DNA of 64,000 nt from positions 248,001-312,000 of the IMG/VR virus record IMGVR_UViG_3300032245_001860. One strand, 5' to 3'. Positions 11,501-21,178 of the stretch are shown here, one piece after another; the first letter of the stretch is position 1, and the number at the start of each line of letters is the position of its first letter. The position numbers and the translations under genes were made by a program. Below the pieces are notes generated by a model. It was not told where the DNA came from and did no database searches. It saw nothing but the letters and a program-made list of their open reading frames with translations.

Positions 11501-12861
11501 TAACTTCTGGTTCATGGGCTGGAAGTACAATAACTGGACTTTATGGTGGAACAGGTTATACCACATATACAAAAGGTGACATTTTAGTAGGTGCAGGTGG
11601 AACATTTGTCAAGTTTGCAGTTGGCACTAACAATTATGTTCTTGCAGCTAATTCTGCTTCTGGTTCCGGTCTAACATGGAGAACTGCAAGTTCTGCAACA
11701 GCAACTACTTCTGTTGCACCATCTAATCCGCTTACTGGTGATTTCTGGTACGACACATCAGATGGTAGTTTAAGCGTCTATTATAATGATGGAGACACTT
11801 CGCAATGGGTTGAAGTTGCTGGAGCTTTCACAGGCAATGTAGGTTCTGGTAACATTTACAATATACCTTATTACAATGCTACTGGTATAGCAATTACAGG
11901 TTCAACAAACTTTACAAATGTTGGCACTGGAATTTCAATTCTTTACACAACAGGTTCAACTTCAACATCTACTGGTGCATTAGTAGTTTCAGGTGGTGTT
12001 GGTATTGGTGGAAGTATATACACTTCTTCTTCTTATGCTGCATCAATATCTGGAGTTGTATTAAACAATAGTGTCATCACTTCTGGTACATGGGCTGGAT
12101 CTACAATAACAGCAAGATATGGAGGCACTGGGTATACCACTTATACTACTGGTGACATACTTGTTGGAGCAGGAAGTACATTTATCAAGGTTGGATCAGG
12201 TTCAACCAATTATGTGTTATCTTCCAATCCTATGTATCCTGCAGGTGTTGGTTGGACTTGGGTTTCAGCTGTTGGAGTAGGAACTAATCCTCCATCTACC
12301 ACACACGATTCTGATCTTTGGTGGAATGCTACTGATGGAAGTTTAAATTTCTATTACAATGATGGTGATACCAGTCAATGGGTAGAAATAGCTGGCGGAT
12401 CAGGAATTGATTTGTCACAACCAGTTCATATTACATCAACTGTTGGTTCTACAAATGTTTCCACAGGTGCTTTAATTGTAGATGGTGGAGTTGGTATTCA
12501 AGGACAACTTCATACTGCTTCTCTTGTAATCAATGGAACTTATGATGTTGTTGGATCCAGTGTGACATTGTCTGGAACAGGAGTAAGTCAAGTTATCTAT
12601 CAATTAGACGCATCTATTTATAGATCAGTCAAATATATGATTCAAACTACCCATGGATCAGATTATCAAGTTCAAGAAGCTTTAGTTCTTCAAGATGGTA
12701 CAGATGCTTATTTGACCCAATATGCCCAATTATTATCTCTCAATAACTTAGTCTTGGCCACTTACGATGTGGATTTATCAGGAGGATATATGAGGCTTTT
12801 GGCAAATCCAGTTTACTCCAATACAACTTTCAAAATATACGGAACAGCAGTGAGACTATAA
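5539..12861 (+). CDS. giant modular fibre protein (2440 aa)
   Basis: Repeated modules (GALxVxGGVGIG, YTKGDxLVGAG, TGTxYPLF, DISGLP); two (G/S)DxW(Y/W)xxxDGSLxxYYNDGDTSQWVE units; C-terminal RSVKYMIQ...QEALVLQDG domain typical of T4-like/cyanophage fibre ends. Confidence 0.8.
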   Translation: MSWSQQDLSFKKLSNKRVTTSTGKGLPEEKGASTLELYLPDIKTELIPGTGNTATGLNGVLYYYGPTAAFGQTLVVDTSVPGNLTWFASSGYGNTTTANDGSAGSESQRLFNWVSDKYDAFGTVSGAGYEIKLYDASNNLITKSDASNWLFDYQTGILMFNNATLSNGNPVSTSGPYKIVGWRYVGQKGIIPAYYGGSGYTTYTKGDLLVGAGGTFIKLNVGSDNYVLSADSTTASGLKWVVNSGSGSGISVLNGLSATTQFFAVGTSGSLFNISSSGSTHTFNIPIAGSGATGLVSTGSQTFAGQKTFTSPILGDLSGTATTAGFATTAATAQGVLSSITGQAVDLSIGLISGTALSYSSNLYYNPASGRLAAVSYTGSWAGSTITGFYGGTGYTTYTKGDILVGAGGTFIKLGVGTDTYVLTASSSSATGLTWSPTAATGITTLNSLTATQQYFSTGTSGSTFNISSSGSTHTFNIPIAGTGTTGLVSTLAQTFAGAKTFTGDVVITSSTASTYMANGALTVNGGVGISGQLSFNQAAMGYTGIATNPVMAFIGSTNTAPITMTVLSDGSLLWEGSSGKLFGINNNLSSGWIFNVGDISGLPILRANADGTIAMAEFAANVGIGLSNPSYKLHVVGDTNLSSGYVYRINGTSVLSSTQVLGLTVNSGNITSGAWSGTAISVPYGGTGLTSYTVGDILYASGSATIGRLAAGTAGSILISAGAGATPYYSSPALFVSGNATTAANINIVATTTGTLYPLFSNVSTTASGVGVSVDSAISYNAATDTLSAGKFSGLASGTAATFTNIYGTLTGVATTATNVNTVSATGTNASHYLLFSPVNGGSGVALSSGAGITFNPSIGQLGLGNGSAIINGLLLGTSSNTITTTSGNLTLNAGGGTVLVAGNLNVQGTATYIDSTTQTITDPVVVLGSGAGGTHTNVTDTQDRGIEYRRFSGSAITGFFGLSNASGRFTFIPNANVTANNTYTGSIGVIEANITGSAITATNFYGTFVGNSASATTAGLATTAQNLNITTTATGTLYPLFTSVSTTASGVAVSVDGTDISYDAATNTLTAGKFSGLASGSAATFTNFYGTLTGNVTGTSTTSQNVNIVSATTGTFYPLFSNISTTASGVAISVDSGLSWNSATDTLTAGTFSGNLSATAATATNFYGTFVGSATTSTSLNVVLAGTNASHPILFTPTAGSASGVAVSTESSFVYNPSTDILSVSGLAVTSTTASTNSSTGALIVTGGVGIGQSVNISGRVGIGTNLLNAALNIQVPSTTTSGIILRGNGSQTSDAITYYSSTGSTQFAVDANGRVRLTGMDGIWNNKVQQNIFDVSDGRVNWNLTTWQYSSIFWVTANASITQASGQLQFTNSGTTSVTGVGVVATGWDTGGANRVFGIVSPSGSERTYFKGYGNLVINPNNPNALHTGWNTMDLITLDISGTANTYVGNIILGKVEGTERFSVGPFGNTKITVGSATTATGLLVKAVASQSGNIIETQASTGVTNFYVSPTGGGSFSDNLEIRSAKEVRFNNSGNTFYTGFKAGSNASNTTYTLPIAFPGSGTSVLQSDSSGALSWVGVVGSASTAQNINIVAANTNSAHQLVFTPASGSGSGVAVSSRTTLNFNPSTDILSVSGLAVTASTASTNSSTGALIVTGGVGIGGTIYTATDLNVGNSTTGRLYFSQATLGSAGTTVIPSMAFIGTTNSPITLSVLTDNSLSFDGSSGQLFSINNNLSTGWIFAVNDISGLPLIRANADGTVAMGEFAGNIGIGISNPSYKLHVVGDTNLSSGYVYRINGTSVLSATSLGTGVTNSSLTAVGTITTGTWAGSTITGLYGGTGYTNYTAGDILVGAGGTFIKLNAGSSNYVLTSNGSGTIPSWQAVPPSAASSVAVSPTTTNSSFSITVVNSASGSGLGLSTIASFVINPSTGILSVSGLAVTSSTSSTSYSTGALIVTGGVGIGGSLYTSSSFADSISGVVLNNGVITSGSWAGSTITGLYGGTGYTTYTKGDILVGAGGTFVKFAVGTNNYVLAANSASGSGLTWRTASSATATTSVAPSNPLTGDFWYDTSDGSLSVYYNDGDTSQWVEVAGAFTGNVGSGNIYNIPYYNATGIAITGSTNFTNVGTGISILYTTGSTSTSTGALVVSGGVGIGGSIYTSSSYAASISGVVLNNSVITSGTWAGSTITARYGGTGYTTYTTGDILVGAGSTFIKVGSGSTNYVLSSNPMYPAGVGWTWVSAVGVGTNPPSTTHDSDLWWNATDGSLNFYYNDGDTSQWVEIAGGSGIDLSQPVHITSTVGSTNVSTGALIVDGGVGIQGQLHTASLVINGTYDVVGSSVTLSGTGVSQVIYQLDASIYRSVKYMIQTTHGSDYQVQEALVLQDGTDAYLTQYAQLLSLNNLVLATYDVDLSGGYMRLLANPVYSNTTFKIYGTAVRL

Positions 12862-12862
12862 A

Positions 12863-13714
12863 ATGGCAGTTATTAGAAACTTTAGGTTACCTGTAGGAAT
12901 TGGTGTTAGCGCTGACTATATTGAAACCTTTGGTGTTATTCAATCAATTAATACAAACACAGGCTCAATTGTAGCTCGTGGTGGTATTGGAGTTAGCGGC
13001 AATATTTATATGGGAGGCAATCTCTCAGTAGGTTCATCTGTCATAGGTGGTACATGGGCTGGAAATACTGTCGCTGGAAGATATGGCGGAACAGGATATA
13101 CAACATATACAAAAGGTGATTTATTAGTAGGGGCAGGTTCCACATTTATCAAAGTTGGAATTGGAGCATCTCATCAAGTACTAAGTTATTCTCCCACAGC
13201 TTCTTCTGGATTAGGTTGGACTGATTTGTCTATAGCTTTTCCAATTTCCACTAATTATGGAACATTTTATAGTACACAAACCCAAACTGTTCATGGTGCC
13301 AATACTATAACCCCTATAACTGTCAATAATACATACGAAGCTGCTAATATTCAAATATATGGTGGAGCTGGAACATCTTCAAGGATACAAATAAATTCAA
13401 CAGGTGTTTATAATATTCAGTTTTCTTTTCAGATGAATTTATCATCTGGAACCCAGCCAGCAGTAGCTGATTTTTGGTTTAGAATTAATGGAGCTGATAT
13501 TCCTTGGTCAAATAGTAAACAAACAATTCAAGGCAAAGATAATCAGCACATTTTAGCATTGAATTTTGTTTCTTCTTTTAATTCAGGACAATATTTTGAA
13601 ATTATGATGAATAGTCCAGACAGTAATTTCACATTAGAAGGTACTGGAGCAACAACTGGACCAACAAGACCAGGAACCCCAAGTGTCATATACACAGTGA
13701 CAAAAGTATTATAA
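12863..13714 (+). CDS. short fibre protein with C-terminal beta-sandwich (C1q/BclA-like) tip
   Basis: Shared YGGTGYTTYTKGD module followed by RIQINSTGVYNIQFSFQ...GQYFEIM. Confidence 0.65.
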   Translation: MAVIRNFRLPVGIGVSADYIETFGVIQSINTNTGSIVARGGIGVSGNIYMGGNLSVGSSVIGGTWAGNTVAGRYGGTGYTTYTKGDLLVGAGSTFIKVGIGASHQVLSYSPTASSGLGWTDLSIAFPISTNYGTFYSTQTQTVHGANTITPITVNNTYEAANIQIYGGAGTSSRIQINSTGVYNIQFSFQMNLSSGTQPAVADFWFRINGADIPWSNSKQTIQGKDNQHILALNFVSSFNSGQYFEIMMNSPDSNFTLEGTGATTGPTRPGTPSVIYTVTKVL

Positions 13715-13727
13715 ATAGAGAGAAAAA

Positions 13728-16700
13728 ATGGCAGACTTAAATTTTCCCTTAAATCCACAAGTAAATGACTACTATACCTTGAATGGTAAAACATTTAGGT
13801 ATGATGGCTCAAAATGGCGCTTTGCTACACAGAGTATAGTTACAGTAAATTCTGGAAGTGCATTGACATCATTAAATAGTCTAACAAATTCTGCCCAAGA
13901 TTTTTCTGTTGGTGTTTCTGGTTCTTTATTTAATATTTCTTCTGCTGGTAACACTCATACATTTAATATCCCAATTGCTGGTTCTGGTTCCACTGGTTTA
14001 ATTTCTACTGGCGTTCAAACAATATCTGGCGCAAAAACATTTACTTCTTCAATTGTTGGAGATTTGACTGGTACTGCTACTACTGCAATAAATTTAAATA
14101 CAGTTTCAGCAGCTTCAAATGCTACACACTATGTTTTGTTTTCTCCAGCAAATGGTGGAAGTGGCGTTGCTGTTTCTTCTGATACAGGACTTACGTTCAA
14201 TCCATCATCAAATACTGTTTCACTTTCTACACTGTCAGCCACAACTGTCAACACATCTACAGCAAGTGTATCAGGTTCTACTGCCTCAACAAATACATCT
14301 ACTGGTGCATTAGTAGTTACTGGTGGAGTTGGCATAGGCCAATCTATTTCTATTGGTGGAAGATTGCAGTTGTTCAATGGTTCTAACTATACAGCTTTCG
14401 TTTCATCTGCATCAGGAAATACAGTTTATACTTTACCAGCAACAACCCCAGCTACAGGTACTTCTGTTTTGCAATCAGACACAACAGGAACTTTGTCATG
14501 GGTAGCTATGACTGCTACAGGTGGTGCATCAGGTAATACTGCAGCAAATGTAAATGTTAATTCTGCTTCAACAAATGCAAGTCATTTTTTAATTTTTAGT
14601 CCAACAGCAACTGGATCTGGAGTAGCATTATCATCAGAATCAGCTTTAGTTTACAATCCATCTACGGACATATTGTCAGTATCTGGATTAGCAGTAACAT
14701 CAGGAACTTCTTCTACTTCTTCTTCAACTGGTTCGCTTATTGTTTCAGGTGGCGTTGGAATTGGTGGCACACTTTTTGTAGGAAACACTATAGGTGTAAA
14801 CTCTGGCGCTTCTGGATTGTTGTTGCAAAAATTAGTTGGGGGCAATTATGGTGCAATTTACTCTGCGGGTGTAACTCCAAGCGCAACAAACTACACAATG
14901 ATTACTGATGGTACTTCAGTTAACTTTAATGGTACTGGTGGAGTTTATTTTAATATCAGTAATTCAAATAAAATTCAAGTTACCACTAATAACATTAATA
15001 TTGTTCCTACAGCAGGTTCTTCATCTACTTCTACTGGATCTTTGACAGTGGCAGGTGGTGTTGGTATTGGAGGTAGTTTATTTGTTACTTCTGCTACTAA
15101 TATATCAGGAGTAATAATAAATTCAGGAGTTATTACTGGTTCTTTAACAGGAACTGCAACATCAGCTGGTTTTGCAACAACTGCTGGGTTAGCCACGACC
15201 GCAGGACTTGCTACAACTGCTGGATTTGCTACAACAGCAACAAATATCAATGTTGTTTTAGCTTCATCTAATGCAAGTCATCCAGTTTTATTTACTCCAA
15301 CTTCAGGTTCAGCATCTGGTTTAGCAGTATCTTCAAACAGCACACTCGTATACAATCCGTCAACAGACTTGTTGTCAGTATCTGGTGTAGCAATAACTGT
15401 TTCTACCGCTTCTACATCAACTTCCACTGGTGCATTAGTTGTTACAGGTGGTGTTGGCATAGGGCAATCTGTATCTGTCGGTGGTAGATTACAGATGTTT
15501 AATGGAGCAAATTACACAGCATTTGTTTCATCTGCATCTGGCAATACTGTATATACTTTACCTGCAACTTCCCCAGCTACAGGTACTTCAGTATTACAGT
15601 CAACTTCTGCTGGTGTATTAAGTTGGGTTGCTATGACGAGTAGTTCTTCTGGAAATACTGCTCAAAATATTGCTATTAATACTGCTGGAAATGTTAATGT
15701 TTTCCATCCAATTCTATTTACACCATCTTCTTTATCTGCTGGTTCTGCTGTTTCAAGTGATACAACTATAACTTTTAACCCTTCTACTGAAACATTAAAT
15801 GTTTCTGGTTTAGCAATTACTTCTGGTACTGCTTCTACAAATACAACAACTGGAGCATTGGTAGTAAGAGGAGGTCTTGGTGTAACTGGTCAATTAACTT
15901 TTGCTACAGCGTCACTTGGATTTACTGGTATCACATCAAACCCATCCATGTCATTTATTGGAAATACTTCAAGTGCTCCAATCACTATGACTGTCCTAAC
16001 TGACAATTCACTCAACTGGGAAGGTTCACAAGGATCAGTATTTTCTATTGATAGCAATTTATCTTCTGGTGAAATTTTCTCTGTCAGTGATATATCTGGT
16101 TTACCTATAATTTCTGCTTCTGCTGGTCAAACTGTAAATATCAATGAATTTGGTGGATATACACAAATTGGTAATGGGTCAATAAACTCATCTTCTACAT
16201 CTACTGGTTCTCTTGTTATTGCTGGCGGTTTAGGATTCACTGGAAATGCTTTTATAGGCGGCACTACCACTATTGTAAATGGAGCGAACAGCACTTCTAC
16301 TGGTTCTGGATCTTTAGTTGTCAGAGGTGGAATTGGAATTACTGGCAACGCTTTTATAGGCGGTACTACTTCTGTAACAAGCACATCAGCTTCTATAAAT
16401 ACTGGCTCCGGCGCATTAGTAGTTTCGGGAGGTGTAGGTATTGGACAGTCTGCTTCAGTTGGTGGCAGATTACAAATGTTCAACGGTGCGAATTATACTG
16501 CTTTTGTTTCATCTGCATCTGGTAATACAGTTTATACTTTACCAGCTACATCTCCCGCAACAGGATCTTCAGTATTAATTTCTTCTTCTGCTGGTGTATT
16601 GAGTTGGGCATCACTTACTGCTGTTGGTTATACTGCTTCTGGAACAGCTGATGGAACAGTCCAATTTAAATCTGGAAGTGGTTTTGCTGGTACAAATAGT

Positions 16701-18416
16701 TTATTCTTTGATACAAACTTACTTGGATTAAGAGTTTCAGGTTTCCCCGGAGGCAATACACCTTCGTCAACAGATGCTGTGTTGAAACTTGAAGCAACTG
16801 TAGGCTCATTCAATGGAAGTGTGAATGGTACTTATATTGCAGTAAATGCTCCTACTGGATTTGCTGGAGATTTAATGAATCTTCAAGTCAACGCAATCTC
16901 AAGGTTCAGGATTGATAATACAGGTGCTGCCACTGCTGGTACGTTTAATTTTAGTGGTACATCTTCAATCACAAATGGATTGAATAGTTCTTCTACAACT
17001 ACAGGAACATTAACTGTTGCTGGTGGTGTTGGATTTACTGGTAATGCCTTTATTGGTGGAACTGTTAATATTACAAATACAACATTGCCTGGATATGGAT
17101 CTACTACTTCTGGTGCATTAGTTGTTGCTGGTGGAGTTGGCATTGGTGGAAGTGTTTATATTGGTGGTCAGATTGGTGTAGGTGGAACTCTTGACTATAA
17201 TGCGCCTGGCAATGTTGCATATTTTGCTGGCAATTCTAATTCATACACTCAAGTTATAGTTCATAATCATAATGCTGGTAATAATGCATCATCTGACTAT
17301 ATTGTAAGTAATGATAGCACAACAGATACCACTTTCTTTGGCGACTTTGGCATGAACTCTTCTGGCTGGGCTGCTACAACATCTGCTTACAATACAGCAA
17401 ATGCGGTTTATTTAGCATCCAACTCTGGTGATCTTGCTATCGGAACTCTTACAACTAATCCAATCAGATTTTTCTATAATAATGGTACTTCTGATGCTGT
17501 AGTTTTTGGTGCAACAGCTGCAACCGTAAACTATGGCACAAACTCTACATCAACAACTTCTGGTGCATTGCAAGTCAAGGGTGGTTTGGGTATCACTGGA
17601 AACGCATTCATTGGTGGTACTACTTCAATTACAAATACAACTGCTTCAACTTCAATTGCTTCAGGTGCTTTGGTTGTATCTGGTGGTGCTGGTATTGCTC
17701 AAACATTATTTGTTGGTGGAAGCATATCAAATGCAAATTATTTCTATTCTGGTGGAAATAATTTTGCTAAATCAGGTCAGGCTCAAGGCGATATTCTTCT
17801 CGATAATAACGCAAATGACACTCCTGGTGTTTTGTATTATTACAGAAATAATACTAACTTTGGTACTGATGTATTCGCAACTGGTATTGGGTCAACAAGA
17901 TATAGAATTGTCAAAGACTTAAATGAATCTGGTGGATCTGAACTTTGGAGCATTGACAGAACTGGTGTTGTAACTCAAACTGCTTGGGCTCCTGGTGAAA
18001 TTATCAAAATGACAGTGCTTGTAGGCGCTGACCTGACAGGAGGTAGTACAACAACAATTAGTACCACATCTGATACTGATGTTGCATCATATTCGTATAC
18101 ACCAGTTTCTTCAAACTCATATTTAGTGATCGAATTTACAACAAGATATTCTGTAGCTGGTGCAGCAGCAGACGATTTTGTTTCAAGAATAGCTGTTGAT
18201 GGAGCAGAACAAAGTTACAATGTTCAAGTTTGGATCAATGGTGCTGGTGGTGGCACAAGATCTGGCACCTTATTCCCATTGATGGCAAGATACACGAATT
18301 CCAATACTACTGCCAAAACAATTTCAGTAACTGTCAGAAGAGGCACTTCTGACGATAATGCAACAGTTTACAAAGATACAACCACTGTAATGAAAATCAC
18401 GGAAATTGGCAGATAA
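13728..18416 (+). CDS. giant modular fibre protein (1562 aa)
   Basis: N-terminal LNFPxNP...YDGSKW motif shared with 25335; three GGRLQxFNGxNYTAFVSSASGNTVYTLPAT modules; C-terminal YTPVSSNSYLVIEF...MKITEI tip domain. Confidence 0.8.
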   Translation: MADLNFPLNPQVNDYYTLNGKTFRYDGSKWRFATQSIVTVNSGSALTSLNSLTNSAQDFSVGVSGSLFNISSAGNTHTFNIPIAGSGSTGLISTGVQTISGAKTFTSSIVGDLTGTATTAINLNTVSAASNATHYVLFSPANGGSGVAVSSDTGLTFNPSSNTVSLSTLSATTVNTSTASVSGSTASTNTSTGALVVTGGVGIGQSISIGGRLQLFNGSNYTAFVSSASGNTVYTLPATTPATGTSVLQSDTTGTLSWVAMTATGGASGNTAANVNVNSASTNASHFLIFSPTATGSGVALSSESALVYNPSTDILSVSGLAVTSGTSSTSSSTGSLIVSGGVGIGGTLFVGNTIGVNSGASGLLLQKLVGGNYGAIYSAGVTPSATNYTMITDGTSVNFNGTGGVYFNISNSNKIQVTTNNINIVPTAGSSSTSTGSLTVAGGVGIGGSLFVTSATNISGVIINSGVITGSLTGTATSAGFATTAGLATTAGLATTAGFATTATNINVVLASSNASHPVLFTPTSGSASGLAVSSNSTLVYNPSTDLLSVSGVAITVSTASTSTSTGALVVTGGVGIGQSVSVGGRLQMFNGANYTAFVSSASGNTVYTLPATSPATGTSVLQSTSAGVLSWVAMTSSSSGNTAQNIAINTAGNVNVFHPILFTPSSLSAGSAVSSDTTITFNPSTETLNVSGLAITSGTASTNTTTGALVVRGGLGVTGQLTFATASLGFTGITSNPSMSFIGNTSSAPITMTVLTDNSLNWEGSQGSVFSIDSNLSSGEIFSVSDISGLPIISASAGQTVNINEFGGYTQIGNGSINSSSTSTGSLVIAGGLGFTGNAFIGGTTTIVNGANSTSTGSGSLVVRGGIGITGNAFIGGTTSVTSTSASINTGSGALVVSGGVGIGQSASVGGRLQMFNGANYTAFVSSASGNTVYTLPATSPATGSSVLISSSAGVLSWASLTAVGYTASGTADGTVQFKSGSGFAGTNSLFFDTNLLGLRVSGFPGGNTPSSTDAVLKLEATVGSFNGSVNGTYIAVNAPTGFAGDLMNLQVNAISRFRIDNTGAATAGTFNFSGTSSITNGLNSSSTTTGTLTVAGGVGFTGNAFIGGTVNITNTTLPGYGSTTSGALVVAGGVGIGGSVYIGGQIGVGGTLDYNAPGNVAYFAGNSNSYTQVIVHNHNAGNNASSDYIVSNDSTTDTTFFGDFGMNSSGWAATTSAYNTANAVYLASNSGDLAIGTLTTNPIRFFYNNGTSDAVVFGATAATVNYGTNSTSTTSGALQVKGGLGITGNAFIGGTTSITNTTASTSIASGALVVSGGAGIAQTLFVGGSISNANYFYSGGNNFAKSGQAQGDILLDNNANDTPGVLYYYRNNTNFGTDVFATGIGSTRYRIVKDLNESGGSELWSIDRTGVVTQTAWAPGEIIKMTVLVGADLTGGSTTTISTTSDTDVASYSYTPVSSNSYLVIEFTTRYSVAGAAADDFVSRIAVDGAEQSYNVQVWINGAGGGTRSGTLFPLMARYTNSNTTAKTISVTVRRGTSDDNATVYKDTTTVMKITEIGR

Positions 18417-19108
18417 TGGGAACGAAATATAATCCAAGTATTGTGAGAAATGGATTAGTATATTATATTGATGCTGCAAACTCCAGAAGTTATAGTGGGT
18501 CTGGAATTACTGCTTATGAACTCAAATTAAGTGGAATTGGTGGAACTTTAGTAAATGGAGTTGGATTCAGTAGTGCAAACAATGGAAGTTTTATTTTTGA
18601 TGGTACAAATGACTATATCCAAATTCCAGTGAGTTATATTCCTTCAGGTAATGAAGTTTCAGTTTGCTTATGGAATTTTGGAACTACAGCGCAAACTTCT
18701 TCAGTGTTTTCAGCGCATTCAGCTGATGAATTTAGAACAATTAACATACACCTGCCTTGGAACGACAATGTAGTTTATTGGGATGCTGGATTTTCTGCCG
18801 GAACATATGACAGAATAAATACTGCAACTTTGACAAATACTCAATGGCAGGGTTGGCATCATTGGGCATTTATAAAAAATGCAACGACTGGTGTCATGGA
18901 ATTGTATTTAGATGGTGTCTTAAATGTTTCTGGAACATCAAAAACACGCACTATGCCTACCCCATCTCAAGCTTTCATTGGTAGATTTCAAATATCATCA
19001 CCACTATATCATATAGGAAGAGTATCACTTCTTCATCTTTACAATCGTGCATTGACAGCTCAAGAAGTATTGCAAAATTATAATGCCACAAAGAAGAGGT
19101 ACATTTAA
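18416..19108 (+). CDS. LamG/ConA-like lectin-fold protein, array 1 copy 1
   Basis: GLVYYIDAANSRSYSGSG...FDGTNDY...WHHWAF...LYLDG...YNRALTAQEVLQNY. Confidence 0.8.
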   Translation: MGTKYNPSIVRNGLVYYIDAANSRSYSGSGITAYELKLSGIGGTLVNGVGFSSANNGSFIFDGTNDYIQIPVSYIPSGNEVSVCLWNFGTTAQTSSVFSAHSADEFRTINIHLPWNDNVVYWDAGFSAGTYDRINTATLTNTQWQGWHHWAFIKNATTGVMELYLDGVLNVSGTSKTRTMPTPSQAFIGRFQISSPLYHIGRVSLLHLYNRALTAQEVLQNYNATKKRYI

Positions 19109-19740
19109 TGGGCCTCAAACATCATCCAAGAATAGTAACAAATGGAATGTTTCTTTACTATGATGCTGCTAATACAAGAAGTTATAGCGGTAGTGGTGTA
19201 ACTATCAACAATTTGTTTTCAGGTTTTGGATGTACTCTTGTTAATGGCCCCACATACTCATCAAATAATGCTGGTTATTTTTCTTTTGATGGTACTAATG
19301 ATTATGCTCAACTCACTCTACCAGCACTTACAAATTGGAGTTTTTCATTCTGGATCTATAACCATACAGTTCCTGTCTCTGAAAAACAATTATTATCTAC
19401 ATCTGGCGATGTTGTTGGCTTGAGTATGATAAGCACCAAATATAATATATGGAATGGTGCTACTAACGTCACTGGTGCATCTGTAGCGCAAAGTACTTGG
19501 TCTAATGTTGTTTTTATTAATGTAAGTGGTATAGCAAGTACTATTTACATTGATGGAGCTCTTGATAGAAGATTTTCCACAAGCAACAGTATAAGCGCTG
19601 GTTCTGCTCAACTTATGGCTATTCTTTCAACTTTAAGAAACACTCAAGCTTATTTAGGCAGTTTTTTAGGATACAACAGAGCTTTGTCATCTCAAGAAGT
19701 TTTACAAAATTATAATGCCACTAAAAAGAGGTATCAATAA
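19108..19740 (+). CDS. LamG/ConA-like protein, copy 2
   Basis: Same terminal motifs; TAATG overlap. Confidence 0.8.
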   Translation: MGLKHHPRIVTNGMFLYYDAANTRSYSGSGVTINNLFSGFGCTLVNGPTYSSNNAGYFSFDGTNDYAQLTLPALTNWSFSFWIYNHTVPVSEKQLLSTSGDVVGLSMISTKYNIWNGATNVTGASVAQSTWSNVVFINVSGIASTIYIDGALDRRFSTSNSISAGSAQLMAILSTLRNTQAYLGSFLGYNRALSSQEVLQNYNATKKRYQ

Positions 19741-20471
19741 TGGGCGTAAAATCTGGACCAAGAATTATAAAGGATTCATTGATAATTCATCTTGATGCTT
19801 CAGTGTCCAGAGCTTATAGTGGCTCTGGCAACACTTGGTATGATATAAGTGGAAATAATAATCATGGATATTTAGTTAATACTCCGACATTTAACTCGTC
19901 AGGCGCAGCAAGTAATTTTTCATTTAATGGAACTGACGAATACGTTGATATCACCACGTCACCAAATACATTTTCATATAACAGATCGAGTTTTACAGTA
20001 TTGGGATGGGTAAGATTCACTTCATTGCCAAATCCTTTTTATGCTGGGACTATAATTGGAAAATGGAATATTGGTTCTGATCAATTCAATGAATTTATAT
20101 TAAATACACAAGATGAAACAAGAACATTTGTCTTAGGTGTTGATTTTGATGATTCGCTGTCTCCAAATAATGCTGTTAGCGATATTGTTACAACAAATAC
20201 AACTTACACTACAAATATTTGGTATCATGTTTGTGGTACTTTTAATAATGGTGTCTCCTCAATTTATCTTAATGGTATATTAGAAAATTCTGCAACAAGT
20301 GCATACACAACAATAAGAACAGATAACACAGCTTATTTAAGATCTGCACTATTTTACACTAATTTATATTCTGTAGGTCAAAGATCAATAATACAGATGT
20401 ACAATCGTGCGTTAACAGCTCAAGAAGTATTGCAAAATTACAATGCTACAAAGAGGAGGTATGGTCTCTAA
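19740..20471 (+). CDS. LamG/ConA-like protein, copy 3
   Basis: Same motifs, WYHVCGTF..IYLNG; TAATG overlap. Confidence 0.8.
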   Translation: MGVKSGPRIIKDSLIIHLDASVSRAYSGSGNTWYDISGNNNHGYLVNTPTFNSSGAASNFSFNGTDEYVDITTSPNTFSYNRSSFTVLGWVRFTSLPNPFYAGTIIGKWNIGSDQFNEFILNTQDETRTFVLGVDFDDSLSPNNAVSDIVTTNTTYTTNIWYHVCGTFNNGVSSIYLNGILENSATSAYTTIRTDNTAYLRSALFYTNLYSVGQRSIIQMYNRALTAQEVLQNYNATKRRYGL

Positions 20472-21178
20472 TGGGCATTGATGTTGGACCTATTGAAGTA
20501 GTAGATGGATTAGTATTTCATATAGATGCTGGAAATACAAGAAGCTATTCTGGTTCTGGTATTACTGTTAATGCTTTGGTAGGTATTGGGGCCACTTTAG
20601 TAAATGGAACAGGATTCAGTACTTCAAACTCTGGGTATTTTTCGCTTGATGGTACAAATGATTATATTAATGTACCAAGTGGATTTACCAATTATTTCAA
20701 AAGTAATGATAATTGGACTGTAGATTTATGGGTCAAGCTTCTTTCGCAAACAGCAGGTGAGCCAGTGTTGGTTTCAGCAGGACCTTCAATAGGTTACTTT
20801 GATTTGTTTTTAGAAGTTGGAGATAATCAAATATATTTTGCTGCAGGACGTGGTTCAAATTCTGGATATATTCAAAATCAAAATGTATCAAGTACTTTAG
20901 GATACAATTTGACTACTGGTTTTTTCAATATAGTATTTATAAAAAACGGCACTTCATCTGGCAGTGTTTATGTTAATTCAATAAATATTCCAATGTCAGT
21001 AAGTGGCTCAGGTCTTTCAAGTATGCCAAGTATCAATGAAGACTTAAGAATTGGAACATTTAAACAGTCAGGTTTTGAATTGCATGGATTTATTCCTCAA
21101 GTCCAAATATATAACAAAGCTTTATCAGCCTCAGAAGTTATTCAAAATTATAATGCCACAAAAGGGAGATATAAATAA
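20471..21178 (+). CDS. LamG/ConA-like protein, copy 4
   Basis: Same motifs; TAATG overlap. Confidence 0.8.
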   Translation: MGIDVGPIEVVDGLVFHIDAGNTRSYSGSGITVNALVGIGATLVNGTGFSTSNSGYFSLDGTNDYINVPSGFTNYFKSNDNWTVDLWVKLLSQTAGEPVLVSAGPSIGYFDLFLEVGDNQIYFAAGRGSNSGYIQNQNVSSTLGYNLTTGFFNIVFIKNGTSSGSVYVNSINIPMSVSGSGLSSMPSINEDLRIGTFKQSGFELHGFIPQVQIYNKALSASEVIQNYNATKGRYK